Origin: Candidatus Delongbacteria bacterium | Lineage (GTDB): Bacteria > CAIWAD01 | DNA: 64,000 nt | Direction: 5' to 3' | Assembly: GCA_963663545.1 (NCBI GenBank) | Contig: OY760505.1 | Coordinates: 1,024,001-1,088,000, forward strand | In this document: positions 29,354-40,500 of the stretch, one piece after another | Numbering within the stretch: position 1 is the first letter of the stretch | How the letters are laid out: every line of letters begins with the position of its first letter | Notes under the pieces: model-generated | Seen by the model: the letters and a program-made list of their open reading frames with translations, nothing else | What the model was told of the DNA's origin: nothing | Databases searched by the model: none | Made by a program: the position numbers and the translations under genes

Positions 29354-31612
29354 ATGATCCGCACTGCTCGCCTCCTCGCACTTAGTCTTCTGCTTACGTT
29401 GTGTGCAACCGCCGCAGAGGACCGGACAGTCTTCAACCCCGATAGCACCCTGACGGCTTTCACCGATACTCGCGATAACGAGGGAGGACCGGACAACTAC
29501 GGTCACACCTGGCGTAATTCCAATCACCCAGCAGGCCCAGCCTTCGATTGGATTGAGTTGGACGGTATCGGTACTCAGCTCGCGATGGTGGGCAACGCCG
29601 TCAGCGATGAAATCAACCTGGGCTTCGAGTTCCCATGGTATGGCGCGTATCAAAGCGGCATCTACATCAGTACAAATGGCTTGGTAGGCTTTACCCCCAA
29701 TGTGATCTCCTCGGCCAACCAGAATCTGCCCAACCCCGCTAATCCCAACGACCTAATCGCCGCCTTCTGGGACGATCTTGGCCCTGACGCTACCCACGGC
29801 AAAATCCTCTATCGTCGCTCGGGCGGTGCCTTCATTGTGGAATGGAAAGACATGCCGCGCGGCTCCAATCCGGAGTCGTCAACCTATACCTTCGAGCTGG
29901 TGCTGTACAATAATGGCAACATCCTGATTCAATGGCAGGAGATGAACGGAATCGTCAGCTCTTGCACGGTGGGTATTGAAAATGCAGACGCCAGCGATGC
30001 CATCACCTACCATATCAACACCATTGGTGAGGAAGTAGCTGCGGGCATGGCACTGATGTTCTACGGCCCCCTGGACTGCAGCCAAGTGGACTGCACGGGC
30101 TTGGAAAGTGAGTCTGAAGCCAACAATGGCTGGAATGATGGCCTGCTGATTGCGAATGAAATCTATAACGATGAACCGATGTGCGGCAGCATCAACCAGG
30201 GCGACGAAGACTGGTTCCGCTTCTATCACTATGGCGGCAACATCTATATTCGCAGCCAGATCTCGGAGTTCGATGCCATTATTGAGCTCTATCCCTACAC
30301 AGAAGGCGCAGAAGCGCTGGTGCATTCCAATGTTTTCGGCCGTTGCGGTAACGAAGCGCTGACGGGCACGGGGCTTAATCCCGGCGAATACGTGATACGC
30401 CTCTACTCCAACCCCGATAGCCTGGTGGAAGGGGAGCAGAGTTGGATGCTCAGCGTCAGCACGGTCGGCGACTGCTGTGACGATCCCAGCCCCGTTGAGT
30501 GTCTTGGCGACAATGAGCAAGAACCCAATGCTGGCTGGATGGCTGAACCCGCCAACGCCAGCTACAATGACATTCAACCGGGCATAAGCATGTGCGGAAG
30601 CGTGAGCGCCCACGACGGCAACAGGGACTACGACTGGTATCGCTTTGTCGTGGACGAGATCAGCGACGTGCACGTGGAAAGCGACGCAACCGGTTTTGAC
30701 ATGATGCTATTTGTCACGCCTTTTGATCCAAACGGCAGCATCCTTTTTGTGCAGGATTACGCTCCGCCCTGTTGCGGCGAGTTGATGAACCTCTCCTGGA
30801 TGGCTCCCGGAGAGTACTTCCTGGTGGTGAGTCACAATGACTGGACAGGTGTCCCTGTTCCACAGGAGTACAGCCTTACGTTGAACTTGTCTGCTTCGGC
30901 AAATGTCTCGGCATGCAACGTGATACGCACTTTGAGCGCAACCGAAATGGCCAGCGTCTATGCGGGCGATAGTCTGGTACTCGAGCTTGAAGCGCCGGAT
31001 CGTCCCCACGTGCAAGAAGCACTAAGTGATGAAGGCACAATTGCTTGTCCAGGCTTCGACCATGTTCTGGCGCTGGATCTGCAGCAGATGCCGCGCTCCA
31101 TTGAAATCACCGTTACCGGTACGCAGAACGCCGACGAAGTGCTCTGGTACACCTACGACTGCGTAACAGCAAGTGTCGCCTGCGAAGGTGCGGTAAACGC
31201 AAACGGAGCCGACTCTGGGGGCGAGCAACTTCTCTTGAGTTCACCCCAACTGACCTACCTGGGTTGCGATTTTGCACAGGAGGGAGCCAGCACGCCTCTT
31301 CGTGTCGTGCTGCGCGACATCAGCATTGATGTGCCTGAGCAAGCTACGCCAATGACCTTTGAGCTCCTGGGTGCCTATCCCAACCCCTTCAATCCCAGCA
31401 CCCAGATTCGCTGGCAGCAGGCGGCAGGCAAGGCGAAGCTGCGCATCTTTGATCTGACGGGCAGATTGGTTCTGGACGAGGACCTTGGTCCCTTGCAGGC
31501 GGGTTTGCAGCGCTTTACCTGGCGGGCCGGCGAGCAGGCCAGCGGCCTGTACCTGTTCCAGCTTGAGGCTGCAGGCAATGTTGCGACCGGAAAAATGATG
31601 CTACTCAAGTAA
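29354..31612 (+). CDS. Secreted protein with NIDO-like and PPC-like domains, T9SS-like CTD
   Basis: GGPDNYGHTW...LGFEFPWYG...ISTNG...IAAFWDDL; ExEPN..W motifs; GAYPNPFNPST CTD; resembles the C-terminal part of the two giant proteins. Confidence 0.8.
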   Translation: MIRTARLLALSLLLTLCATAAEDRTVFNPDSTLTAFTDTRDNEGGPDNYGHTWRNSNHPAGPAFDWIELDGIGTQLAMVGNAVSDEINLGFEFPWYGAYQSGIYISTNGLVGFTPNVISSANQNLPNPANPNDLIAAFWDDLGPDATHGKILYRRSGGAFIVEWKDMPRGSNPESSTYTFELVLYNNGNILIQWQEMNGIVSSCTVGIENADASDAITYHINTIGEEVAAGMALMFYGPLDCSQVDCTGLESESEANNGWNDGLLIANEIYNDEPMCGSINQGDEDWFRFYHYGGNIYIRSQISEFDAIIELYPYTEGAEALVHSNVFGRCGNEALTGTGLNPGEYVIRLYSNPDSLVEGEQSWMLSVSTVGDCCDDPSPVECLGDNEQEPNAGWMAEPANASYNDIQPGISMCGSVSAHDGNRDYDWYRFVVDEISDVHVESDATGFDMMLFVTPFDPNGSILFVQDYAPPCCGELMNLSWMAPGEYFLVVSHNDWTGVPVPQEYSLTLNLSASANVSACNVIRTLSATEMASVYAGDSLVLELEAPDRPHVQEALSDEGTIACPGFDHVLALDLQQMPRSIEITVTGTQNADEVLWYTYDCVTASVACEGAVNANGADSGGEQLLLSSPQLTYLGCDFAQEGASTPLRVVLRDISIDVPEQATPMTFELLGAYPNPFNPSTQIRWQQAAGKAKLRIFDLTGRLVLDEDLGPLQAGLQRFTWRAGEQASGLYLFQLEAAGNVATGKMMLLK

Positions 31613-31660
31613 ATATCAGTGCGGGCGCTTCCTGCTCTCGCCTTCACCAAGCCATTCTAA

Positions 31661-31690
31661 GAGCGCCGCCTTCGGGCGGTGTTCTTCTTT
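31661..31690 (+). terminator. Rho-independent terminator
   Basis: GAGCGCCGCC-ttcg-GGCGGTGTTC-TTCTTT. Confidence 0.8.
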
Positions 31691-31941
31691 CCGTTGCTGT
31701 CCGACTACTTCTGCATTCAGAACTTCATCTTCTCCGGGTCCCAGTGAAATTCTAGAAATCGCTCAGCACTTGAAGCTTAATTCGTCATCACGGCAGTTTT
31801 GCAGGGTTAAGCCGAGTGTATACGGGACAGTCATTGCACTAGCACCATGGAAAGTAATTTTAATTATTTTATTATCCATATCTTACACTCTACCAGCGAA
31901 TCATGGTTGATATAAATTTTCATTTCTGGCTAAGATTTCGC

Positions 31942-31970
31942 TTGACAAACATGTCACAGGCTATTACTCT
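31942..31970 (+). promoter_or_regulatory. Sigma70-type promoter for the 32020 gene
   Basis: TTGACA-17 nt-TACTCT, downstream of an AT-rich tract (31850-31925). Confidence 0.6.
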
Positions 31971-32019
31971 ACCCGCTGTGCCAAAATCTGCATAACGACG
32001 GTGGACAAAGGAGAAAACC

Positions 32020-33519
32020 ATGAAGAAACTGCTACTGGACCTTTCCTTGCTGCTCGGCATCACCGCTCTGTGTTTTGCCAGCTCCCCGGCTTCGAAGCCC
32101 CAGACGGAATCACAGGATGGTGGTCGTTGCGTCATTGCGTTTGATTGCACTACGGTTCCGGTTATCGCTTGCGATTCGGAAGTGAGCGGTTCTACAGTTG
32201 GCGCCATGAATGTCATCGGAAATCCCGCTGGCGATGCCGTGTACCGCCTCGACCTAAGCTCCCCCAAGTGGATCAGCCTCGACCTGTGCGACCCCAATAC
32301 CAACTACGACACGTATCTGCGCGTCTACGATCGCTGCCTAGACGACCCTGATGTGGTACAGCTCGCTTATAACGATGATGGTCAAACCTGTACTGAGTCC
32401 TCTGAAGAAGGCTTGGTGTCCCGTATTGACAACCTACTGTTACCTGTGGGCAGCTATTACATCGTTGTTGAGGGATACAGCGGCAATGAGGGGAGTTTCA
32501 ATCTAAGCGTGAGCTGCCAGGACGCCACTCCCGTGGATTTCGCTGACACAATCGAGTGCGGCGACACCGTAACTGGCAGTACCGTGGGCAATTATAGCTG
32601 GCTCAATACAGAATCAGGCGATGCTTGTTATCTGTTTTCACCCGATGCAGACGTTTCCGTCGAGTTAAGCCTGTGCAGTGACGGCACGAGCTTCGACACC
32701 ATACTCAGCATCTGGGAATTCCAGGGCCCCATTTTCAGCTTGCTCGCAAGCAACGATGACTACTGCGGTACGGCCTCTCGGCTGATATACGCCTTTGAAG
32801 CGGGACTGGACTACCTGATTGTGGTGGACGGGTATTACTCAGCTGAAGGGACCTACGAGCTCGCACTAAACTGCCAGGTTGACCTCAGTCCTTGTGACGA
32901 TGCTCTGGCACTTGTTTGCGGCGATGTTGTGGAAGGAAACACTACTGACGGCGTCAGCTATGTAGGCAATGAATCTGCCGATGCCTTCTACACCTTTGAA
33001 GTAACAACTGCGGGTGAGTACACATTTAGCACCTGCGGATCAAGTTTCGACACCTACCTTCGTCTCTACGATGTCTGCCCCTTGTCGGCGAACCAGATTG
33101 CCGACAATGACGACTTCTGCGGTCTCCAATCGCAGATAAGCATCACCCTTGATCCCGGAACTTACTTCATCGTGGTAGAGGGTTACACGGAAGCAGAGGG
33201 AGCCTATCTCCTTTCTGTACAGTGCCCCCAGGTGGCTGCTGCCGTGGAACAACCTGAAGAATTCGCCTTGGCCCAGAACTACCCGAACCCCTTCAACCCG
33301 ACTACAACCATCGACTTTAGTCTGGCTGAGACGGGTATCGCACACCTGGCCGTATACAACATGTCCGGACAGCGTGTGGCGATACTGGTGAATGGCTTGA
33401 TGGAAAGTGGCGCCCACAGCGTGAATTTCAACGCTTCCTCACTGGCCAGCGGCGTGTACTTCTACACCTTGCAGGCAGGCGATCAGCTTGCCACCAAAAA
33501 GCTGGTGCTGATGAAGTGA
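32020..33519 (+). CDS. Secreted protein with three Cys-linked PPC-like domains, T9SS-like CTD
   Basis: Three repeats of IxCGDxVxGST...DTYLRxY...NDD...YxIVVEGY; QNYPNPFNP CTD. Confidence 0.85.
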   Translation: MKKLLLDLSLLLGITALCFASSPASKPQTESQDGGRCVIAFDCTTVPVIACDSEVSGSTVGAMNVIGNPAGDAVYRLDLSSPKWISLDLCDPNTNYDTYLRVYDRCLDDPDVVQLAYNDDGQTCTESSEEGLVSRIDNLLLPVGSYYIVVEGYSGNEGSFNLSVSCQDATPVDFADTIECGDTVTGSTVGNYSWLNTESGDACYLFSPDADVSVELSLCSDGTSFDTILSIWEFQGPIFSLLASNDDYCGTASRLIYAFEAGLDYLIVVDGYYSAEGTYELALNCQVDLSPCDDALALVCGDVVEGNTTDGVSYVGNESADAFYTFEVTTAGEYTFSTCGSSFDTYLRLYDVCPLSANQIADNDDFCGLQSQISITLDPGTYFIVVEGYTEAEGAYLLSVQCPQVAAAVEQPEEFALAQNYPNPFNPTTTIDFSLAETGIAHLAVYNMSGQRVAILVNGLMESGAHSVNFNASSLASGVYFYTLQAGDQLATKKLVLMK

Positions 33520-33569
33520 TAGGGAACGACCGGAGTCAAGGGCTTACTTGATTCCCAATGTTTGTTTTC

Positions 33570-33603
33570 AAGGCCCCCGGTCCCGGAAGGGAACCGGGGG
33601 CTT
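33570..33603 (+). terminator. Stem-loop, probable terminator
   Basis: GCCCCCGGTCCC-ggaa-GGGAACCGGGGGC; weak U tail. Confidence 0.55.
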
Positions 33604-33813
33604 CATCTCCCTCTCCACTACTCGCCAGAGGTGACGGATCGCAATGAGGCTCTGGCCTGAATCATATCGAGGCCAATCCACTCCGGCTTGACTACAGCAA
33701 ACCGCGCTACCAGATGCCGGAATCTTAGCATAGCAGACACTCACGATCAGGACGAGTATTCAGAAATTCCTCTTTTATAACGCTTTCATACCATATATCT
33801 GTATTGAAAAATC

Positions 33814-33828
33814 TGGCACAACAGTTGC
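33814..33828 (+). promoter_or_regulatory. Sigma54 (-24/-12) promoter candidate for the 33890 gene
   Basis: TGGCAC-aacag-TTGC with exact GG-N10-GC spacing, AT-rich upstream DNA, about 60 nt before the ATG. Confidence 0.6.
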
Positions 33829-33889
33829 CATATGATCTTTCAGCAAATGATTTCGGTGTTCCAGGAAAAAATTTCGAGTAGGAGGCGTT

Positions 33890-35407
33890 ATGCGTCTTTC
33901 CACGCTAATTTTACTAAGCATTGTGTGCAATGTGTATGCCATGGAAAAGCCGGTGACTTCGAACGGCTCCCGTGACATCCTCAGCAGCACCAGTGGAAAC
34001 ATCAGCGTCATCGTCAACAACAACCTAGGTGACTCCACCGTCGGTCGCTTCACCATCGGCACAGCCGAAGGCACTCCTCTAATGTTCGGACATGGATCCG
34101 ATCCCTGGTCGTCGTTTGTGCGCGCCGAAGTGGATGGCGAGTCATTCGTTCAACATTGTTGCGGTGGGGAAGGCGGTGGTGGGGAGCGTATCGGCGCTCC
34201 TGTCGATGTCAACTATATGACGCTAGTCACAGCGCCTGTTTTTAACATGGATGGCTCAATTAGCACGAGCTATTTGGCAGGCGAAGTGGTGATCACACAG
34301 ATTGTGACACCAGGCACGATCGCGGGACAAGATCTTGTGAGCATTGAATACGAGGTAGAAGTCCCTGCAAGCCGAACGGCTCACGATGTCCGTCTGTTAC
34401 TGGAAATTGACACACAGATTGGTGAGAACGATGCAGCGCCCATCGCCACCAGTTTTGGCTATACGGGCTTAGAGACTTGCTTCGAGGCCCCCGTCCCCAA
34501 CACATGGACGGCGTTCGAAGAAGGTCCGGATCAGGGCGACAGCCTGCTGGTTGGCTGCGGCATTCTAAATGGAAGCGGTGCCGTAGCGCCTGATCGCTTT
34601 GCAATTGGCTCTTGGCCTAGTTTCAGTTACGAGTCTTTCTTCGATTACGAATGCTCTGGTTCGGAGTACGGCGATTCTGCAGTGCTTCTCTGGTGGGATC
34701 TGGGTACGCTGAACTCCGGTGACGCCCCCACCCTGGTACGCACCTATTACGGCACTTGTACGCACACCTCCTCGCCCGGTGAGCTGAACGTGGCTTGGAC
34801 AGGGACCTCCTCCTTGTGGTGCGGGCCCAACGGCTACGAGCCCAATCCGATTGATGTGAATGTGCTAGTCACCAATACCGGCGAAGAAGCCTGCACGGGC
34901 GTGAGTGTCTTCATGCCGACGGTAGACTGCCTGTATCCGGTGGCGGGAAACCTGTTCTCGATCGGCGAACTGGCTCCCGGCGCGACGGCCTCGGTGTCCA
35001 TTCCTCTGGTATACATCTGCGACCAGTGTGACATTGACATTGAATACACGATTATCGTGTCCAGCGATGATTGCCCCTCGAACGAGCTGGCCACCTCTCT
35101 ATATGTCCCCTGCTGCAATGTGGCCGCAGCTGAAGAACATCCACTGGAGTTCGCGCTTGGCCAGAACTATCCGAACCCCTTCAACCCGACTACGACCATC
35201 GACTTCAGTCTAGCCGAGACGGGTATCGCACACCTGGCCGTGTACAACATGTCCGGACAGCGCGTGGCCGTGCTCGTGGACGGCATGACGGAAAGCGGCC
35301 ATCATAGTGTGAGCTTTGATGCCACCACACTGTGCAGCGGTGTGTACTTCTACACCTTGCAGGCAGGCGATCAGCTTGCCACCAAAAAGCTGGTGCTGAT
35401 GAAATAA
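33890..35407 (+). CDS. Secreted protein with uncharacterised N-terminal beta domain, CARDB-like Ig domain and T9SS-like CTD
   Basis: Signal peptide; VNVLVTNTG...IGELAPGATASV (CARDB-like); QNYPNPFNP CTD; AGGAGG RBS. Confidence 0.8.
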   Translation: MRLSTLILLSIVCNVYAMEKPVTSNGSRDILSSTSGNISVIVNNNLGDSTVGRFTIGTAEGTPLMFGHGSDPWSSFVRAEVDGESFVQHCCGGEGGGGERIGAPVDVNYMTLVTAPVFNMDGSISTSYLAGEVVITQIVTPGTIAGQDLVSIEYEVEVPASRTAHDVRLLLEIDTQIGENDAAPIATSFGYTGLETCFEAPVPNTWTAFEEGPDQGDSLLVGCGILNGSGAVAPDRFAIGSWPSFSYESFFDYECSGSEYGDSAVLLWWDLGTLNSGDAPTLVRTYYGTCTHTSSPGELNVAWTGTSSLWCGPNGYEPNPIDVNVLVTNTGEEACTGVSVFMPTVDCLYPVAGNLFSIGELAPGATASVSIPLVYICDQCDIDIEYTIIVSSDDCPSNELATSLYVPCCNVAAAEEHPLEFALGQNYPNPFNPTTTIDFSLAETGIAHLAVYNMSGQRVAVLVDGMTESGHHSVSFDATTLCSGVYFYTLQAGDQLATKKLVLMK

Positions 35408-35430
35408 ACACAGCATCATTCTGCGAACAC

Positions 35431-35460
35431 AGGCCGCTTCCATATGGGAGCGGCTTTTTT
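35431..35460 (+). terminator. Rho-independent terminator
   Basis: GCCGCTTCC-atat-GGGAGCGGC-TTTTTT. Confidence 0.85.
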
Positions 35461-35640
35461 CTCCAGCTCTTTCTTCTTGCCAATGCTCTATCCCGGTACT
35501 ATCATCAAAGCGAATCAGCAAGATCTACATCAAACTGCAAAGCAGATGTGTCACACGGTCCGGCAACTGTGTCACGCAACACTTGATGTATCACAGAACG
35601 GGGCCGACTGTACTACAGATCGGATCGAGAAGGAGGAGAA

Positions 35641-37299
35641 ATGCAACAACTGCTGCTAGCCACACTTGTAGCCAGCGCCTGCGTGATACAATCCGCGTCA
35701 GGTTCACCCACGGCAAAGGAGATTGCAAACAGCCCGGAGCTCCAGCTCTATCAGCAACTGCGTTCGAACGGAGATGATATTCCCGAGTGGTTGAACGAAG
35801 CGATGTATCCAGCAAGTACCGATGTACCCGGTGTTCGACAGGGCGGTGATACATTCGAGACCGCCGTGGCCATAGAATTCCCCTTCTCAGGTTCGGGCTC
35901 AACTCAGGGATACAACAACGATTACGATGTGAGCTGCCCGTTCTTCGGTTCCACCGCACCCGATGTCGTTTACGCGTTTACTGCAGAGGTCACAGCACTG
36001 CTGGATGTAGACCTGGCTGGCTCCCAGTACGACACCAAGTTGTACATCTACAACGCCGCCATGGAGCTGGTCGCCTGCAACGATGACTATTACCCGAACT
36101 ATGTGAGTGCTCTGTTTGATGTAGAAGTCGTTGCTGGCACGACGTATTACATCGTGGTGGATGGATTCGGCTCCCACAGCGGTGTTTACACCATCCATGC
36201 AGTACTGCAGGACGAATGTACACCACCTATCCTCGACCCGGCGTTTAGCGAAAATGAAGCGCACTATACCGACTTCGACATCACCAATGGCGGCTGCAAT
36301 GAGGCGAATTATCGCTTCCAGGAGTTCCCCTTTGAAGGAGAGCGCTGCGGCACAATCTTCACCTACACGGCTCCCAACGGGGGTGCAGAACGCGACAGCG
36401 ACTGGTTCCTTGTCAACCTGCCTATGGCCGGTTCCATTAGTTTCGACATTGATTGTTGTGGAGAGTGGACAGCACTTCTCATGGCCGCCAATTGCGAGTT
36501 GCCCCTCCTCTACGGCCAGGCTTCGACTTATGGGCACGACACGCTGAACACACCCTTTTTGCCTGCAGGCGACTACTATTTCGCCATTGCGCCAGCAGAA
36601 TACACGGGGATGTCAAGCGAACGTATCTGGCATGCCGCCATGTCCTTCAGCTCACCTTGCGATGAAGCCACGATGCTGATATGCGGAGACAACCTTAGTG
36701 GTGACACCTACGATGCACCAAACTGCTTCGGCAACCTGGCGGGTGACGCATTGTTCACCTTCACACCAACGCGTGCGGGCCTTTACACGTTTAGTACGGA
36801 CAACCCAGGCACAGGCTTTGACACCTATCTCTGGCTTTACGCAGGCCATCCTTCGCTGAACGATCTGGTCACCGAAAACGATGACTACGACTTCACGAAT
36901 CTGACCTCGCGTATCACGGCAAACCTGTCCGCTGGCGTTGAATACTGGCTTGTACTTGATGGCTACTTCTTAGAAGAGGGCGCGTTTGAACTCAGTATTG
37001 AGTGTCCAGAAAGCGCCTATGCGGAGTTAGAAGAAGGCCAGTTTGCGCTAGCGCAGAACTATCCCAATCCATTCAATCCCAGTACTACGATCGAATTCAG
37101 CCTGGCCGAGACAGGATCGACGCAGCTGGCCGTGTACAACATCACGGGACAACGCGTGGCACTGCTGGTGAATGGGCTGATGGAGAGCGGCACCCATAGC
37201 CTTCGTCTTGATGCGAGCACCTTGCCAGGTGGCGTCTATCTCTATACGCTACGCAATGAGCACACATCCATCACAAGGAAAATGCTGTTGATCAAGTAG
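35641..37299 (+). CDS. Secreted PPC-like / NGGCN-module protein, T9SS-like CTD
   Basis: QGGDT...APDVVYAF...YDTKLYIY...ACNDD; DITNGGCN module; QNYPNPFNP CTD; AGGAG RBS. Confidence 0.85.
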   Translation: MQQLLLATLVASACVIQSASGSPTAKEIANSPELQLYQQLRSNGDDIPEWLNEAMYPASTDVPGVRQGGDTFETAVAIEFPFSGSGSTQGYNNDYDVSCPFFGSTAPDVVYAFTAEVTALLDVDLAGSQYDTKLYIYNAAMELVACNDDYYPNYVSALFDVEVVAGTTYYIVVDGFGSHSGVYTIHAVLQDECTPPILDPAFSENEAHYTDFDITNGGCNEANYRFQEFPFEGERCGTIFTYTAPNGGAERDSDWFLVNLPMAGSISFDIDCCGEWTALLMAANCELPLLYGQASTYGHDTLNTPFLPAGDYYFAIAPAEYTGMSSERIWHAAMSFSSPCDEATMLICGDNLSGDTYDAPNCFGNLAGDALFTFTPTRAGLYTFSTDNPGTGFDTYLWLYAGHPSLNDLVTENDDYDFTNLTSRITANLSAGVEYWLVLDGYFLEEGAFELSIECPESAYAELEEGQFALAQNYPNPFNPSTTIEFSLAETGSTQLAVYNITGQRVALLVNGLMESGTHSLRLDASTLPGGVYLYTLRNEHTSITRKMLLIK

Positions 37300-37576
37300 T
37301 CCGCATTCATCCGCAATCAACTTAGGGGTCATCATGGATGGCCCCCTCTTGTGCCAAGGTCGGCGTCTGATCGGGTAAATGGACAATTTTTCGCAGAACA
37401 CAATTATGTCTTGGGGAAGCGCTATCGCGGCTGTACTTTGGCAACGGTTCTTCCCCGGGACCACGTAGATGGAAGTTGCGAGTAACTCAATAGAAATGGT
37501 GTAGACTGGACCCAAAAGCTCAGCCATCCGTTTGGCAAAAGGGCTGGTGTGCACAGTGATACAGGAGAGATCCCCT

Positions 37577-40500
37577 ATGAGACATTTACTTGTCTTGGGT
37601 CTGCTGCTGGCCTCGTCGTCAGCGGTATGGGCCAACGCTGATTTGCGAAAGGAACTTGCCAACAAAGCTTCACAGCAAGGCGTCTCCTTGGATGAACTGC
37701 TGCGGGAGCACGATCTTGAGGCACCAGCCGATGGAGCGATTGGACAGTACCTGCAAGCAAAAGCCGAAGGTCGGAGCATTCCAGCTTGGCTGGATCGGCA
37801 GATGAATCGCCCTGGAGCCTTGCAGAATCGTGTGGGCGGAAATACAGACGCCGACGCCGTAGTCATCAACCTTGTAGCTGGCGGAGATCCCTACGAAGAC
37901 TCCGGTTCAACCGTAGGCTTGTCCGATCACACAACCGCAGCCTGCACCATTGGGACCTCTTCCATCGGCTGCTCGACAACCATCTCCAATACAGCGCCCG
38001 ACGCATGGTATTCGCTCACAGTTGACACGCCTCTGAGCTGTGTTGCCAACCTTTGTGGTTCCAGCTATGACACGAAGCTCTATATCTTCAATAGTGAGCT
38101 TGTCATGGTTGCCGGAAACGATGATTCCTGCGGCGCACAATCCGAAATAAGCTGCAACCTGCCTGCTGGCGATTACTACATCGTTGTGGATGGCTACAAC
38201 AGTAATTCTGGCGACTACACTCTTTCCGTGGAATTGGTGGATATCTGTGCCGACTACAACGACGCCGTCCTCAGCTTGAGCTCGGTGCCCGGCAGCATAA
38301 GTGGATCCACGGTTGATGCCCCCAGTATCTTCGGAAGCGCAGCCGGTGATGTCGGCATTGACATCGTGATTCCGACTACGGGCAACTGGGACTTCGGCTC
38401 TTGTAATGAGGGCACCGATTTCAGCACCGACCTGTATCTCTTCGACGCAAATCCCTGCGAAGGTGGCGAACTGCTGCTTTCGAACGAGTACTGGGCCGGA
38501 TGCACCGATCCAAGCGGGGCAGCAAAAATCACAGCGCTCGATCTTGCCGCCGGGACGTACCATTTGGTGGTCAGCAACACCGGCACCTCCGAAGGTGCTT
38601 TTGAAATCAATGTCGAGCCCACTCCCGAAGCCCCCACCAGTGGCGGTCCGGATGAGTACGGATACATCTGGGCCACCTCCGACGACGCGGAAGGCCCAGA
38701 GTACGAGTGGCTCGAAATCAATGGCAGTGGCGAGATCGCCGGAACTCAGATTTCGGGTATGTCGGATGTCAACTGCGTCGGTCCCATTGTCTTGCCATTC
38801 ACCTTCAATTTCTATGGCATCAACTACGATTCGCTTTGGATTGGCAGCAACGGCCTTGTTGGCTTCAACAATACCGTCACAGCCGACGGCAATCAGAACA
38901 TGCCCAATGCGACCAGTCCAAATGGACTGATTGCCGGTTTCTGGGATGATCTGGATCTGGGTGATGGTCGCGGCGCTGTCTACACCTATTATGACGAGGG
39001 CAACGATCGTTTCATAGTTGAATACGATGGTGCCCCGGACTACCCGGGCGGGACAGGAGCACAGAACTGGTTCCAGTTCCACCTGTACTCTGACCGGAGT
39101 ATCGAGATCCACTACATGGATCTCCAAGGTGACCGTACTAGCTGCTCGGTGGGTATGGAGAACGAAGAGGGCACGGTAGGCCTGACAGCGCTCTACAATG
39201 ATACCGGTTTCCTGCTGGGCAACGAAATGGCAATTCGCTTCAGCCAGCTTCCCGGCGATTTCGCGCCTCCGCAGATCGTACATACCCCTATCGTTTCCGT
39301 CGAGACTGAGTACGCCGGCGGTATTCCGGCGAGCGTCGAGCTCTTTGACGACTCGGATATCCAGCGTGCCAGCCTGTATTATCAGCTAAATGGTGCTGCC
39401 CACACAGACAGTACGGCCTTTGCCCACGAAAGCGGTGATACATGGACGACGACCATTCCCATGCTAAGTGCAGGAACGATCGTTAACTATTGGATCACGG
39501 CCTGGGATGATGCCCCGGATCACAACTACCGCGTCAGCGAGAGCTGGAGTTTTGAGGTTGTCAGCTATGCCTGGCCTCCACGGAACCTCGTGGCCACCGA
39601 CGGCGAGTTGGATGCTACCTGGATCAGCTGGGATGCTCCCGCTCCTGTTGCTGAAGAAGGCGACTACTTCGAGAATTTCGAGAGTGGTATTCCCACCAAC
39701 TGGACTGTCTATGACGTAGACGGTACCAATTACGTATGGCAGCAGTACGAGCCAACGGATGCCAACGGCGCCTATGAAGGCTCCTACGTCGCCGGCGTCC
39801 GCTACGAAACCTATGGTTCGCCTTCAGATGAGTGGCTTGTGACACAGGCCCTGCAGGCATCGTCAGAGTCCCGTTTGGTTTTGGCAGCCCGCAGCATGTA
39901 TACGTATACGCTCGCCTCCGGCGACGTTGTGGTGGCTACGGGCAACGATCTGGAATCATTGCAGAATGCAAGCGTAATCGCCTCTACAGAAGCCCTTAGT
40001 GACGGTGCCTGGGGCCAACTTTTCATTGACCTTTCCACGTACGCCGGGCAGGAAATCTATCTTGCCTTCCACTTCACGGGTTCCAACGGCGGCATCTATA
40101 TCGACGACGTCCGTTTCTATGACCTGGCGGAAACACCGGCACGCTCCGGCCATATTCCCAATCCTGGTTGTATCACGGGCATTTCGCCAGAGGACTTGAT
40201 GCGCGAGTACGGTCTCAGCCGCGAGGCAGCCAAACAGCGCATTCTCGACTGGGAGCGTGCCGCGGCTCACCGTGATACACGCAACTTCCAGCAGTATGTA
40301 GTCTATCGCAACGGCATTGAGCTTGGTCGCACTACCGATCTCTTCTTTGAAGACACCGCCGCGCTGGGTTCTCAACCTGGTGTGATCTACGAGTATACAA
40401 CCACGGCGATGTTCGACTCAGGTGAAAGCGATGAGTCAAACATGGATCAAGGATCCTGGACGGGACGGCCAACCAGTGGCGGACCGGATGAGATGGGCTA

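Noticed and set aside
33268..35407. Diversity-generating retroelement TR/VR pair
   Set aside because: Mismatches are not adenine-specific, both copies are coding CTDs, and no reverse transcriptase is present in the window
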